Source: Zygnema circumcarinatum SAG 698-1b (lineage: Eukaryota > Plantae > Zygnematophyceae). Taken from it: a DNA stretch of 64,000 nt. The DNA is taken from assembly GCA_037447605.1 (NCBI GenBank), contig CM074804.1, positions 5,619,909-5,683,908 on the forward strand, in the 5' to 3' direction. The notes below the pieces were generated by a model. It saw only the letters and a program-made list of their open reading frames with translations, was not told the DNA's origin and made no database searches. Made by a program: the position numbers and the translations under genes. Below, in pieces: positions 1-12,163 of this stretch (position 1 is its first letter; every line of letters begins with the position of its first letter).

Positions 1-384
1 TTAGTCGAGTGATGAATGCTCAACGTTGAATGTGCCATTTTGTGGCCAAGAAGGATAGCTTGTCCAACCATTTGTGGATTGCAAGAGCAGATTTTTTTGA
101 TAGTCGATAATACAGCAAGAGGCAAGAAAGAGGAGGGAAAGGAAGTATCTTGGATTGAATAAGGGAAGAAATCCAATGCTGCAGGTCTGACCCGACAGAC
201 AGCTGCCTCGCCCTTGGAGCAAACATGCTGCCCTCGTGGCTAATGGGCCCTGCCGTCTGCACCTCTTCTTCTGCGGAGGTATGTTGTGACTGCACACATC
301 ATCATCATCATTGTTCATACAACTTGGATCACGAAACAACATTGCCATCACGTATTCACGCATCCGTCGGATATCACATTGTGC

Positions 385-3300
385 ATGCAGAACCTTCCAT
401 GGCAGCAAGCACAGCCACACGGCAGCCTTCTCAGCTTTCCCTTTCCAAATTTAAGTCACCCAATGACGCCAGAAGAGTTCACTCGCCTGATCGGCAACCT
501 CTGCCAGGCCACAGGCATGTCGCCTGCCATGCTCTACAACTGTATCGGAGCTACTCTTGGTGCCAATGGAGCTCTTCCAGTATCAATGCAGCAGCGAGAG
601 GAGCAGAAGATTCGAGAAGCATCTGCGGAGGCAGGAGCCCAATCGTCCGACGCGCAGTCAGAACTCGCGTTGGGAGACACTCAGAAGCTGATGGGAGGCG
701 CACCTGGCGAAGCTCACGATTTCCTTGAAGAAGCTGAACTACTGGAAGAAAGCACACTCCTGAATGACAGCTCCACGCAAATATCAGGGAGTTCCTCTGT
801 GAGAGCCGCACCTTGCCCCAACAAGTTCGGAGGAGAAAGGATTGCCCAGATGGCAGGGTGGGATCGAGTAGGTAGCCACGGCAGCCAGGCTCCACATTCA
901 CGAGCTGAAGTAGCCGAGTCACCATCCAGTGAAGCTGCTTGGAGTGATGGCGTGAAGTATGACGAGCCCAAACTGGAGAATAGGCTCGCTGAAGCACGGA
1001 GTGTCGTCAGCCATGTTTCCGCAGGAAGGTAGGTTAAAGCGTACTTTGCTTAGCTTTACTCCTCTCCCCCTTCATAAGCGAAACTCTTCCTTTTCCATCT
1101 ACAGCCCTTCTCTGATCGCCCGACCCCTCCCGATTCGCTTCCCGCTCACTACTGATTCCTTTTATTCTGTTTTCATACGTGGCAGCAATGTTTGGTCGCC
1201 CACGTTATCCCCCATGATTTCCCCAATACTTTCCGGGAGACTTCCCGACTTCAGCCCATCATTTGGACCCCTCGAGAGGTTGGCGTCATTCAGTCCGAGC
1301 TCAGCATTCAGCCCACTGGAGAGGGGAGAGACTATTGGAGGTTTCCTGCCCATGGACAAGGCGGGCTCCTTTTCCCTGGCAGAGATATTTACAGATATTG
1401 GAGAGGGAGCAATGCCATCTGTCGGCTCTCCAGTTCACAGTCTATCGCTTGGAAGCTTAGCTGCTGCCAATGCTTCAACATTTCCCACATCCAGTCACGA
1501 CCTTCCACCTGGCTCAGGAATCATCGGGGTTGAAGCTTCAGATACTGAGGCCCTGTTCAAGGGAGATAGGGTTCCCAGAGGTGTCGTGTTGGGGAAGAGG
1601 AAGTGCGATAATCGGTCTGCTTACAATCCTATCCAAGGTGGGCAGAGTCTCTGATGACGAACCCATTCTCGGTTCTGATCCCCTGATGTGTATTGGTGAA
1701 ACTGGCTAGCTAGCTAGAGTACGATGCTTCTCTGACTATATTTTCTTTGAACTGGTTTCTTTCCAGAACAATCTCCTGCAACTGAGCCTCGCAGGGAGAT
1801 ACCTTCCGGTGAAGTAGAAGCCACTCTTGCTCCGAGTCTCCACTTGCCCCAGGCGACTATTGGCCCCTTGGGAATCCTTCTGCGACTTGGATCAGAAGCG
1901 CTTCCCATGAATGCAAACCAAAGAAGTGATACGCCTGCCAAGGAAATGTCTCAAGCTCGTACACTTCAGCAACAGCAGGTGCACGGAGAGAGCGCCTCAA
2001 ACCACGTGTTCCAGGGGGGCAGTTGGCAGTCATCTGAGAGCAGTCCAGAGGTAGAGCCACTCGCGCAAGGCAGCTGGCATTTGCAGCTTGAAGATGCATC
2101 CTCTCCCAGTGGGGGAACCACCAGCGACTGCTTGGATAACAGTGCCCATGAAGGTGTCAAACTGATGGCCAATCAGGAAGTGGGAACTCCGCGCGAAAGG
2201 ACTGGTCCTCTCACACCCAGGCAGGAGCAAGGAGGGCAGGGGAAGAGGGTGCGCAAAGGAAGGAACAAGGTGGCCAACGTGAACTCCTCTATCGGTGAGA
2301 CTGAATCAAAGGCGGCATCTCCGAACCGGTTGCCATCACAAACAAGCCCTCGCCTTCCACCTTTCTTTCCACCACCTCTATCCTGTCCCTTAGGATTGAA
2401 ACAACGACCTCCTCTTGAATCGCCGCGCACTTCCTCGGGCTCTCAAGGGCGAAGACCTGAAATTGAAGCTATTCTGCGGAAAGCACACAGCCAATCGACG
2501 ACTACATCCCCAGCAAGTTGTGAATCCAAGAAGAAAAAAACGCCAGAGGAGATTCTACGAGAGGCCTTCCAAGCAAGCATGGCCGCTAAGGCTGCCAAGG
2601 ATCCCCATGCGGTGCTGGGGATCAAGCGAGGCCCCTGTACTGAACCGCAAGCCCTTGCTGCTCGGGTAAGAGCAGTCATACGTCTTTGCCATGCTTCGCA
2701 AACTCAACTATTCAGCAAAAGCTTTCCTTATGCCTTTCGTTCAGGAGTGTTCGCGCTTTGGTTGATATGACATACAAAAGCAACCACTTTGACCTCTTCT
2801 GTTGCTGTTGCTACGTTCTTGACGCTTGCTGCTGTTTTCTGCGCTAAAGTGGACAATGTCTTTGGCGCTCTGCAGGCTCGCCGAGAGCGCGTCAATGCGC
2901 GGATGAGAGTATTGCAAAATTTAGTTCCTGGAGCAGGCTCAATGACCACGGAAAACTTCCTGCTTGAAGCTGTGCAGTACATCAATTTCCTGCTGAATCA
3001 AGTCGCTGTGAGTACAATTCAATGAAGGCTTTCGTATGAATCATTTTTGTAAGCTGAATATCATTGAAAATTGGCTATGTTGAATTGAATTACGTCGGCG
3101 TATGATTAGACAAGTAAACTTCGTCTTTGCTGGCTAGCATGTGAATGGTAGCTTCTCTTTCCTCAATTGTTCAGTTATTATGATCCAAATACAAAGAACG
3201 TGAGATAATGTGTTACGGCCTATTGACAAAATTTGCTGAAACTTCATGTTTTTCAGGACCTTTCTGAGCAGCCTTCCTCTGAATCCTCACCAAGTGAAGA

Positions 3301-3538
3301 GGCCTTCAGACCCGGCAGTGCAAGTGAGAGCAAGATACAGCTTCTGAGTCAAAGCCAGGAATGGCCGAGGGATCCGGAGTTACTGCGAAGGGGAGTTCGA
3401 GTGATGCCCGTTGCAGCCATCTTGACCTTCGCAGGAGAAGGGGGGCCCCTGGACAGGCTGCTGGTTGGGCTCGGACCTCCAAGAGAGACTGACGAGGCAG
3501 GGGAAGAATGCGACATGTATGATCTGGATGACTTTTAG
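385..3538 (+). CDS. bHLH transcription factor, subfamily VIII (RSL/HEC-like), with long low-complexity N-terminus
   Basis: Phase-consistent GT-AG exons: ~385-1028, 1105 (or 1186)-1637, 1767-2665, 2876-3007, 3257-3538. Spliced domain RGPCTEPQALAAR|ARRERVNARMRVLQNLVPG...LLEAVQYINFLLNQVA matches the RSL pattern ([31 protein letters not shown]...EEAVQYVKFL). Start codon uncertain (ORF open from 286). Confidence 0.8.
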
Positions 3539-5870
3539 AAACCCCTCCACATCTGAAAAAGAAAACGCTGTGCCACATTCCGTAATGGGAAATGCTTGAC
3601 ACGTTCATCATGTACCACTAGTGAAATTCCGAATCGACTAAGAAGCAACACCTCGTAGCTCAAGACGGTCGAACGATTACACCACGATTTGGGCGCAAAT
3701 TGTGGCCATTTTCGTAGAACACAAGTAGAGCGAGTGGACATCAACACCTGCGTGGAGGGAGGAGGAAACCTGAGGTGCGCACCAAAATCTGATATCCGAA
3801 GTTGCAAGCTGATTGCCATACTGTAAGGAAACGAGAGGAGAAGATTTTCTGGAGGTAAATAAAGGTGTGCATGGGGCTTTTGAGCGCCTGCAAAATCTCT
3901 GCAGAATGTCGGTAACTGCGTGTCTGCAGCCAATTGCAGATCAGGATGGGGGCACCGTTATATGATATGAGAACATGCATATTGCATGTCCATAAGTGCC
4001 CAGTGCAAAACTCCATCGCAGAAAGCTATGCTTGAAGACGGGTCGCCAAATGGAGACTGCAAATGTAGAAATGAGTCCACAGCCTTGCTCGAGCTGCAGA
4101 GAAGCGAGAAAACCACGAAAGCCTTTGGTCCCCGAAGCTGGACCCTGGCCTTCCCCTCTGCAGCAGACAAGCTAACCCTGAAACATGGAGAAGAGCCGGA
4201 GCTGGAGAACGTGGTGCCATGTGAGGGGAAGTAAAAAATAAACAATAGACATTCGTTATTGACTAGTTCTCACATTCTATCTGCTGGTTCTGCTCTTTAT
4301 CAGAAAGAATAATCCTGCACAGAAGTTACCACATTCTGGTGGAACTTTTGGACCTTTTTTGTTGCAGAGCCACGTCGGACTTGTAGGCTAACTAAAACTA
4401 GGATTTATTGAGCAGCAATAGGTGACGGACGGTTGGTGATGTAAATTTTTCTTTGTTTTGGAAGTGGCGAGTGTAGGCATGCGTTGTTTTCCTTTTTCCA
4501 GTGAAAATGAAAGGTTTTCTATGGTGTGAAAGAACTATCCTAGGACTGTCTGGAAAGCTAAATTGAGTACCTGCCCATATGGTAATGGATGGATGTTGTG
4601 TTTTCGCTGGGTTATGTTTCAGTGGCATCCAACACGCGGAATGTTTGTCTTTAGCACATCAACAATCATCCCAGTGGTTTTTTCCTTTGACGGTCGTGTT
4701 TTTGCTTTACCAATGAGAATTTCGTTTGTGGCTGTCTTCTTTCCCTGTCCGATATCTGTCGAGTGGATCCACCTGAACTCTAAACTCTGACCTTCCTTTT
4801 TGACAGTGTCCTTTGGTACGCTTTACGCCTTCACTTGAATTATCGTCCAGTTGTTGTCCTTGTTGTTGTTGTCGTTGGCTCCATAGGCTTCTCTGCGCTG
4901 TCTGGTTCCAAATTCTGTGCCCCACCATGCATGTTGCAAAAATCTGACCGCAAAACGCATGCATGCATGTGCGCATCTTGCATGATCAATGCGTGATTTG
5001 CAGACCGCCATTGCCAAGCGCTGACTCAAATACGCCCAGACTTCTAATGCAAAGCGTTGGTTCCTGACCCTCAGCTTGTGACATTTAACAGAAGAGTCTC
5101 AAGCATAGGAGCAGCTCTCAGCCAAAGTTCTGACATTCATCCTTGCACTGAAACTGCATTGCAGTTCAAAGGCCGTCATCGCGTGCATCAGTAACGAGCA
5201 CATCAATCATCATCATAAACATCCGTCTCCTGTTTGTCTCTACACCTTAGACGCTCAGACTTCCTTCCCTGAAGCTTCTCTGCCTATATCACGCGGCACT
5301 ACCTGAGTCCCTTTCCCATGCCGCCAGAGCCGCCGACGTCCTCCCATTGGCCGCCATGGCCATGGCTCCGCCATCGTGGCGCCTTCTCCCCTGCCCTTTC
5401 CCGTCCCCAGCCCAAACGGGAACACTCTCTTGCCGAGAAACACCATTCTCGTTCTTGTTGGTCTTGTTCTTGCCGGGAACACTCTCTCTTGTTCTCTCTT
5501 GGAGAGAACGGCATGCAAAGGCGGGCCTCGGGGTTTCAGACTCGCTATGGAACCCAAAATTGCGCGCTACGAATTCCTGCGGATTGGTACTTTCCAGGAT
5601 CAGAATCCGTAGCAAGCAAGCTCTGGTTCCATAACGGGAAGCCGTCTGAAACCCCCTACATTTTTGTTTTAAAAAACTGCGAGAGAATCCACCAATTGCG
5701 AGACGCCACGTATGCAGAAATACACACGTGGTAATTGGCCATTGGACAAGCTCGAGTACTACCGTAGCAGAAAGTTATTCAGTTTGAAGGCCCTCCGTCC
5801 CGCGCCTATCTCTCTCCCTCTCCCTCCCTCCATCTTTCCCTCCCTGCTCGAGCTCTGCGGGAGAGCCGCC

Positions 5871-8204
5871 ATGGGTGTGGAGCCGCCCGTCTCCAGGGGC
5901 CTCGTGGCGCTCGACGGAGGCGCTCCACGGCTCGGCGAGCAGGAGACGCTGGAGCTCTCACAGCCAGGCGTCGCTCTCTCTCTGGGAGAGGCCGGGCAGG
6001 AGCAGCCGGGCACTCTCTACATCAGCACCAGGCACGTGCACGGGGCACTTTTCCCTGCCTCCCTCGGCCGGGTAGAGTGAAACTGCGACGGAGATTTTCT
6101 GGGGAGTTTTCGGTTTTGGGAAGTACGTTGTAGGGAACTATCGGGAATTAGGCTTTTGAATGTCTGAATGCGGAGGTTGGTGGGTGGATGGTTGGTTCAG
6201 ACGCATATTTTGGCTGGGTGACGAGGATGGGAGAAAGGGTTACGCTGTGGATTTCCTCTCACTCTCCATGCATGCGATTTCACGCGACCTCGAGGCTTAC
6301 CCTAAGCCATGCATCTACATGCAGGTGCATAACTTTGACAGTCAATTTTCAGTCTATTTCCAGTTATTGCTGCTGTTTTTTTAGGGTTTTGCCCACTATA
6401 CTACGGGGTGACCACAGTCATTTTTTTCTGAATTAATTCGAACCATTCGAACCATTTTCCTTTTTTAAGTTGAAAACTATTCGGGAATCATTTTTCTTAA
6501 ATGAATAGGGGCACTCGATTGCCGTGGTTAGAGTCCGATTGTCCTCCGGTGCACGAGGCCTACAATTATCATAAAATTCTCCTTCGGAAAATGTGGGGTC
6601 TCCGGCTCAGAGTATCAGAGCATGAGAGCTCAGAGCTCAGAGTTTCTACTTGCTCGAATAGTTCTTTGCTTACTCTCAACGAGACCATATATGTAGCGCA
6701 ATGGCTTTATAGCACGGCGCACTCAGAACTCAGCAATGTCGGGTTCTTCTCCTCTGTGTTCATCACCAGATTTGCTCGAAGCGGTAATTTTCTGTCAATG
6801 ACGGTTCTATTTGAGTGGACTGTGGATTTTCTGTCGGAATGCAACACCCCCCAAAAAAAGAACAGATAGAGACAGAATACGACGAAGACGATGAGGATGA
6901 CGAAGGGGAAGAAGTAGATGAACGCGAAGTCAGCCATGAGAGCATGGAAGGCGCGGTGGAAGAAAACGACTTGTTGCGAGTTTCAGAGATGCGTCTTATT
7001 CCGCAGGATCCAAGTTCACGTGAGGCAACATCTTCATTCTTCATAAGTTGGAATGACTTTAAGGATGTGGCCCAAACAACTTATGCATTGGACACACAGC
7101 AGTGTGAATTGCTCAATAGACAAGCGACATGTCTATTCATATGCAAAAATCTGTTGAAACATAGCTGTGACGATTATAACGTTTAGGTCCACACAAAGTG
7201 GATTTTGGTGTTAGTTAGCTTTTTGCATCACGAGCATGACTTTTAAAGCAAGTAATCATCACCATCATTCTCGTTTGTCAACATGATTCTTCAACCCGTG
7301 CCCCATTCACTTTAGAGTCGATTTGTTTTGACGTGCTCTTGTCTCCAGCCATGTTGCAGGCTTTGCAGATATGAAAGAGCGGCCTTGCCTTTCGAATGTC
7401 CGGATTGGACTAGAAGCGTGTCTTATTGCTGCCTATAAGCATGTCGCGTTGCTTCTTTAAAGATTGTTCTTCTGGAGAGACAGAAGCAAGGACTGACTGA
7501 CACAAGAGATTGGGGGAAGTTTGCAGTAGACCGCATATTCGAAGTGTTGTGTAACTGCGCTGCACTCAATCCCGACGTTGATGGAGGTGAGCGTTCACCG
7601 CCACAAACTTCCCTGGTGGTAGCACACTCTATGGTGAACAAGAGTGGTATGTGCCTTGGGATTCTAGATCGTTATGAAAGAGTGGTTGCACCCTCGCCAT
7701 TTACTGACGGTTCGTTTTGCGATCGAGCCAGCAGAGAGAGAGGGCGAAGGGGACTGGATATACAACGAGGATGAAGTACTGGGAAGGGAAAACAATGCAA
7801 TTGGAGCGAGTGTCCCTGAAAACAACCTGCTTGCACGCCTTGACGAAGTAAGTGGTTAGATAACCTAACTTTCCTCTGTACTCCTTCGCATGTGTCGGTT
7901 TGCATACTAAAGTGCGTGTTCTGAGGTTTAAGTTTGCTTTTTTGCCCAAGAGAGCATATGCGAAATAGGCGAGGGATGAGAGCTGAGAAGACGGCGATTG
8001 TGGTTTTGAGCGAAGTGGCACTGCGTTCTTTATGCGTTCCTACCGAATTTGATCATAAGAGAGAAGTCAAGGCTGGACTGTTATACATGCCAACTTTGCA
8101 ATTCGATGCTCGTGTTGCAGATGATAGCTCAAGACGAAGGGCGTTTCGAGGACGCACATGGAGAGGACGAGGAGGATCATATACATCTCCGCGAACGGAA
8201 CTGA
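5871..8204 (+). CDS. ICln: pICln / chloride conductance regulatory protein (SMN-methylosome assembly chaperone, Voldacs PH-like domain)
   Basis: Exons 5871-6031, 6201-6324, 6866-7019, 7527-7586, 7735-7847, 8121-8204 join in frame: PGTLYISTR|RIFWL..KGYAVDFLSLSMHAISRD..PCIYMQ|..SEMRLIP..|LDRIFEVLCNCAALNPD..|..EGRFEDA, matching plant ICln. Intron 1 is GC-AG. Confidence 0.92.
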
Positions 8205-8844
8205 TCTCGAACTAAGACTCATTTGCGAAGGCTCTAGAAAAACAATAGTTACACATGTTAGCAGGCTTTTGATTCAATCAGTGAAATTTTCAAATTTTCC
8301 TCGCCAAACCAACGGAAAGCACACTAAATATTGGTGAGAAGATCTGTGAGGATAGGGAGGTTTGAAGCTGCTCTATCAAATCGTAGCAATGAAGAGGAGA
8401 GTTGCGAAGTAGACGAGGTCAGTTATTCCTGATTCCTCAAATAGAAATTTTGGTCTTCCATACAGGTAATAATGCTCAATAAAAAGCCATTGTACATGGG
8501 AGTATGATTTCAAAGCAACCCGCTGTAATAATGCCAATTGTGGTACATAAATGTGTTCAGAGACTATCCTGTGTTGCTCCTAATGAAAGCGGCTTTCAAG
8601 TCCTCCGGCTATGGCATAGCCCACATGCGGTATTAAATTTGACATGTCATGGACGTGGAAGTATGTGTTGTTAGATACCATGCATGACAGCATGCAAAAT
8701 GGTCCATTATGAAATCTCCTCTTGCCTGGCCACACGCACTGAATTTACAGGAGGTGAACAACACACCCTCTGTCTCATAATCGCAGGGCTCCCCGTCCAA
8801 GAGCCTCTGGCCGCTGACCCACCTGCCACGACGGGAGCATTCAA

Positions 8845-9618
8845 CTATGACATTTTGGCAACATACTTGAGTACCGCCTCCTCATGATCCGCCCGAAAGA
8901 ACTGGTCTAAAAGCTCATGAAGATTTGGAGAAACCTGCAGTCACAAGGGCAGAGAGCAGGACTGTGTCTTATGAAAAATGACAGCAAGAAACGTTCCCCT
9001 GGATGAAAGAGAACGCTGCAAAAAGACATCAAGTTTGCAGGCAAGGAACTGAGAAAGACAGAGTTTCACCATGGCGCCCGAAATGCTGATGTTGATGTGA
9101 TTCCAGCTGTCATCTGGCCGTCGTAACTGGTCGTCTGCTACATGGAGGCCTACATCCAGCGCCAAAATGCCCTCTATTTCCCCCAAATATTCATCCACAT
9201 CTTTGTTGCCCTTCGAGACTGACCCTTTGAAGGCGATCCGCAGGCCTTTCTTCTCCCCCTTCCCCTCCCCCTCCCCNNNNNNNNNNTCCCCCTCCCCCTC
9301 CCCCTCCCCCCCTGCCTGCCCCCGGCCCGGCCCGCCTCTCCCTCTCTCGCGTGCGCCGCACGCAACGCAACTCAACGCAGGCGGAGGGACCACCCGTCGG
9401 CCGAGCGCCGTCCAACGGCGCGCTCGATGACTAGTCGACAACGCTGACTCGACTACTAAGTGGCTAACTCGTACTGGCGACCCATCGGACGGTGTCGACG
9501 CCTCCGAGGACGAGCGTGCCATCCAACGGTAGAGCGCGCCCGCTGGCACGATCCAACGGTGTACACGCTTTGCGTTCTCGTCAGCAGCGAGCTGCTCGCA
9601 GGCCCTGGCAACAAACAC
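8845..9618 (-). CDS. putative uncharacterised protein (at least 2 exons, spans the assembly gap)
   Basis: Open frame ...LRIAFKGSVSKGNKDVDEYLGEIEGILALDVGLHVADDQLRRPDDSWNHINISISGAM ends at a GT donor (9069). A 135-nt GT-AG intron leads in phase 0 to exon 8934-8845 (VSPNLHELLDQFFRADHEEAVLKYVAKMS*). The frame across the N gap is unknown and no family was recognised. Confidence 0.45.
9277..9286. other. assembly gap (10 N) within a (CCCCT)n tract
   Basis: Ten Ns flanked by ccccctcccc repeats. Confidence 1.
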
Positions 9619-10916
9619 AGCACGGCGGGCTGGCTCGAGGAAGGAAGGAAGCTCGCAGATGGGGGCACGTACGTCCCTTCACAGAGGGAGGAACGGAGGG
9701 AGGGAGGGAGGGAGGGGCGGAAGGCTCCCGGCTGGGACACTCACTAACACAGGAAATGGCTGTGTCTGTATAGGAGTGATTGCAATGTGGATTGGCATTG
9801 ACTTCACAATCGCAACGTCATCAAATGCACATAGAGAAGGGCAATCAATGATGGAAACCAATGTGAAACCAACATAAGATATAAATGGTGGGAGCCTAGG
9901 GCCTGACAGCACGGGGGTCCAATAATCGTCCAGCCATGAAGATCGCCAATGTTCACGGGGTCACATCTCGCGGAGGGATGGAGGGGGGACGGGCGAAGCA
10001 TTCGCTGTTATGGACAAGAACATCGGAATCTCGTTCCCCGCAGGAGCTTGCGTCAGTTCAAACCTCGCAAATGTGAATCCATGAGTCGTTGTACGGCACT
10101 GTACTGTCCTGAGCTCGATCCTGATGGAGCCGTAGCTCCCTAATAAGCTTCAAGGCAATCAGCTGCATACGGTTCAGCTATAGCCGTTCCTACTCTCACG
10201 AGAGGCTCGAGAAGAAGACTGGCTGGGACAAGAGTGCCAACACGACTTGTCTCTCGAAAGAAACAAAGGGGGAGATTCGATGACATCCTATGGGACATCC
10301 TTTCCTATGACACCGCAGCAGCTGCTCGTGACAGGCTTGCCTAATTCATGACAAATCTTTACAATTCACCCGGTTGCATACTTTCAAAGTGGTGAGCACG
10401 AATAAGGGGGGAGAAGAAAAAGGACAGAGGCAGCTTCATAAGATGTGGTTGTGTAAAAGATTTTTGCAAAAAAAAAAGACAAAAAATGTTGAAAAGAAAG
10501 CTATTCAATAACTGCAATAATGCATGCAAAAGAAGTGATTCAGACCTCCTCGACTTCGAGCACGTCATCACACGCAAAATGAAAAAACAACCGTAAAAAA
10601 CCTTGGGACATATTGGAGTGCTGCCGCAGCCCTATTTCACCATAGAGGCTGGCCCGAGTGTCCATGTGATGAGCCCATACAGCCCTGGCCCAGATCCAAT
10701 ATACAATTATGGCTTTAGCCTTTCAGAACTAAACATTGGAGTCAATCCCGCAATGAAAATGATGAGGATGATTTTTCTGACGCTTATTTGTGCCAAGAAA
10801 AAAGAGGGAAGCGGTAGAAAAGAAGGGACACCTATGTTGCTGTGAAAAATACGCATGATCAACAATACTTACAATACTTGCACCTCCTCGTAACAATGTT
10901 GGCAAGTGCTAGTCGT

Positions 10917-11811
10917 TCAAGAATGAACAAAGCAACCCATCATATAATAAAATACTTGAGAGCAAGGTAGCGCACCTTGGAGGAGCGCCACTACAACCCA
11001 GAGCAGAAGTCCGGTAATGAACAAGCCAGCGATGATTGTGAGAAGAGGAGGTCCATTTGGTGCTTCCTCCGAAGTCGCAGGAGTGGAAGGTGTCTTCCCG
11101 CTCTCATTGTTTGTGGCTCGTAAGCAGCGTTTGGCCCGACGAACTGAACGGGCCTCTGAAGAAAACTCCATTTAAAAAATACAGGGTAAGCTTCAGACTA
11201 CCGTTAAAATCAAACTTGAGTAAATGCTGATGTATTGGATTTTATAACGAGGCCTTCTCCAGCTATTGGAGCTAGAAAGACGGCAGTCGAGATTGAATCA
11301 GGTGAACCACCTACAAATTCTTTTAAGGGCTATGAGCCAGTCGTTGTGTGCAACGAGGGGTACCCCTTCCCTATACATTCTTTCTCCAGAAAAAAAGAAG
11401 AGGGAATACTGGGTCCTAGAAACATTGAGAAATTATTTGAAGAGACGGTAGCGCAGTGCCATAGCATTTGAATGGATTTAAAAAATAAAATAAAAAACTC
11501 ACCAGAGAGATAGGACGCTGGCAAAGCTTTTATTGCCGAGGCAGGTCTGATAGAGCAGCATGCGCTCCTGTAGACACAAAGGTCCCATTTACTTCAGACA
11601 TCCAATTAAACAGGATTAGACTCAGTCAACATGCTCCTCCATCTGCAAAGCGATCAGCCTCAAGCAGAAGAGGCCACCTGGCGAGGCTTCGCCGCCTCGT
11701 CGAACAGGAAGGGAATGCAGCGCCTCCTCCCATACAATGCGCATTCAAATTTCTTGATTCAGGGGAATGCCACAGAGCGAGCGCCTGTAAACTGCTGCCT
11801 GCGTGAGCCAT
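10917..11811 (-). CDS. small putative plastid-targeted single-pass membrane protein
   Basis: Exons 11811-11678, 11567-11503 and 11155-~10976 join in phase. Ser/Ala/Arg-rich transit-peptide-like N-terminus, then NGPPLLTIIAGLFITGLLLWVVVALLQ hydrophobic helix. The 3' end is unresolved (read-through to 10917 or splice at 10975). Confidence 0.65.
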
Positions 11812-11987
11812 GGCGGAGGAGCAGCGGCAGCAACAGCAGCAGCCTCGACCCAGTGGTGGGGAGAGAGGAGGGAGCCTATAAGCAGAAGGCCTCTGTCTGA
11901 ACTCGCCCTTTTCCTCCAGAATTCGCCCCCTACGGTGGACGTGAAAGGCAGACGGTGAGACGGGGCCCTTTGAAAGGACAAGGACAA

Positions 11988-12163
11988 CACAGGACGGACA
12001 TGGGATCGGCAACCATTGCACGGCCAAACATTGCCAAGCAATGGTTGTCCGTTGTCAACCATTGGTTACCAATGATTGCATCCATTGGCAATGGTTGGCT
12101 GGGCCTCAAGTCAATGGTTGGCAGCCAGTCCAACAGTTGATCCACTCAATGGTCCGACCTGCT
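11988..12163. mobile_element. short degenerate copy of the CACAGG-TIR palindromic-array element
   Basis: Left end CACAGGACGGACATGGGATCGGCAACCATTG, right end CAATGGTCCGACCTGCT, internal AACCATTG/CAATGGTT units; no target-site duplication visible. Confidence 0.75.

Noticed and set aside
1-80. Minus-strand WPQNGTFN resembling retroviral Gag matrix WPxxGTFN
   Set aside because: Only 8 residues match, there is a stop immediately after, and no capsid, RT or LTR context is present.
3958-4245. IAFCDGVLHW resembling F-box-associated domain motifs
   Set aside because: The ORF stops a few codons later and no F-box or further repeats were found.
9130-9165. ILALDVG resembling a YqgF/RuvC-like nuclease first strand
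   Set aside because: The motif is too short and the following residues do not fit (no GxA strand or downstream acidic residues recognised).
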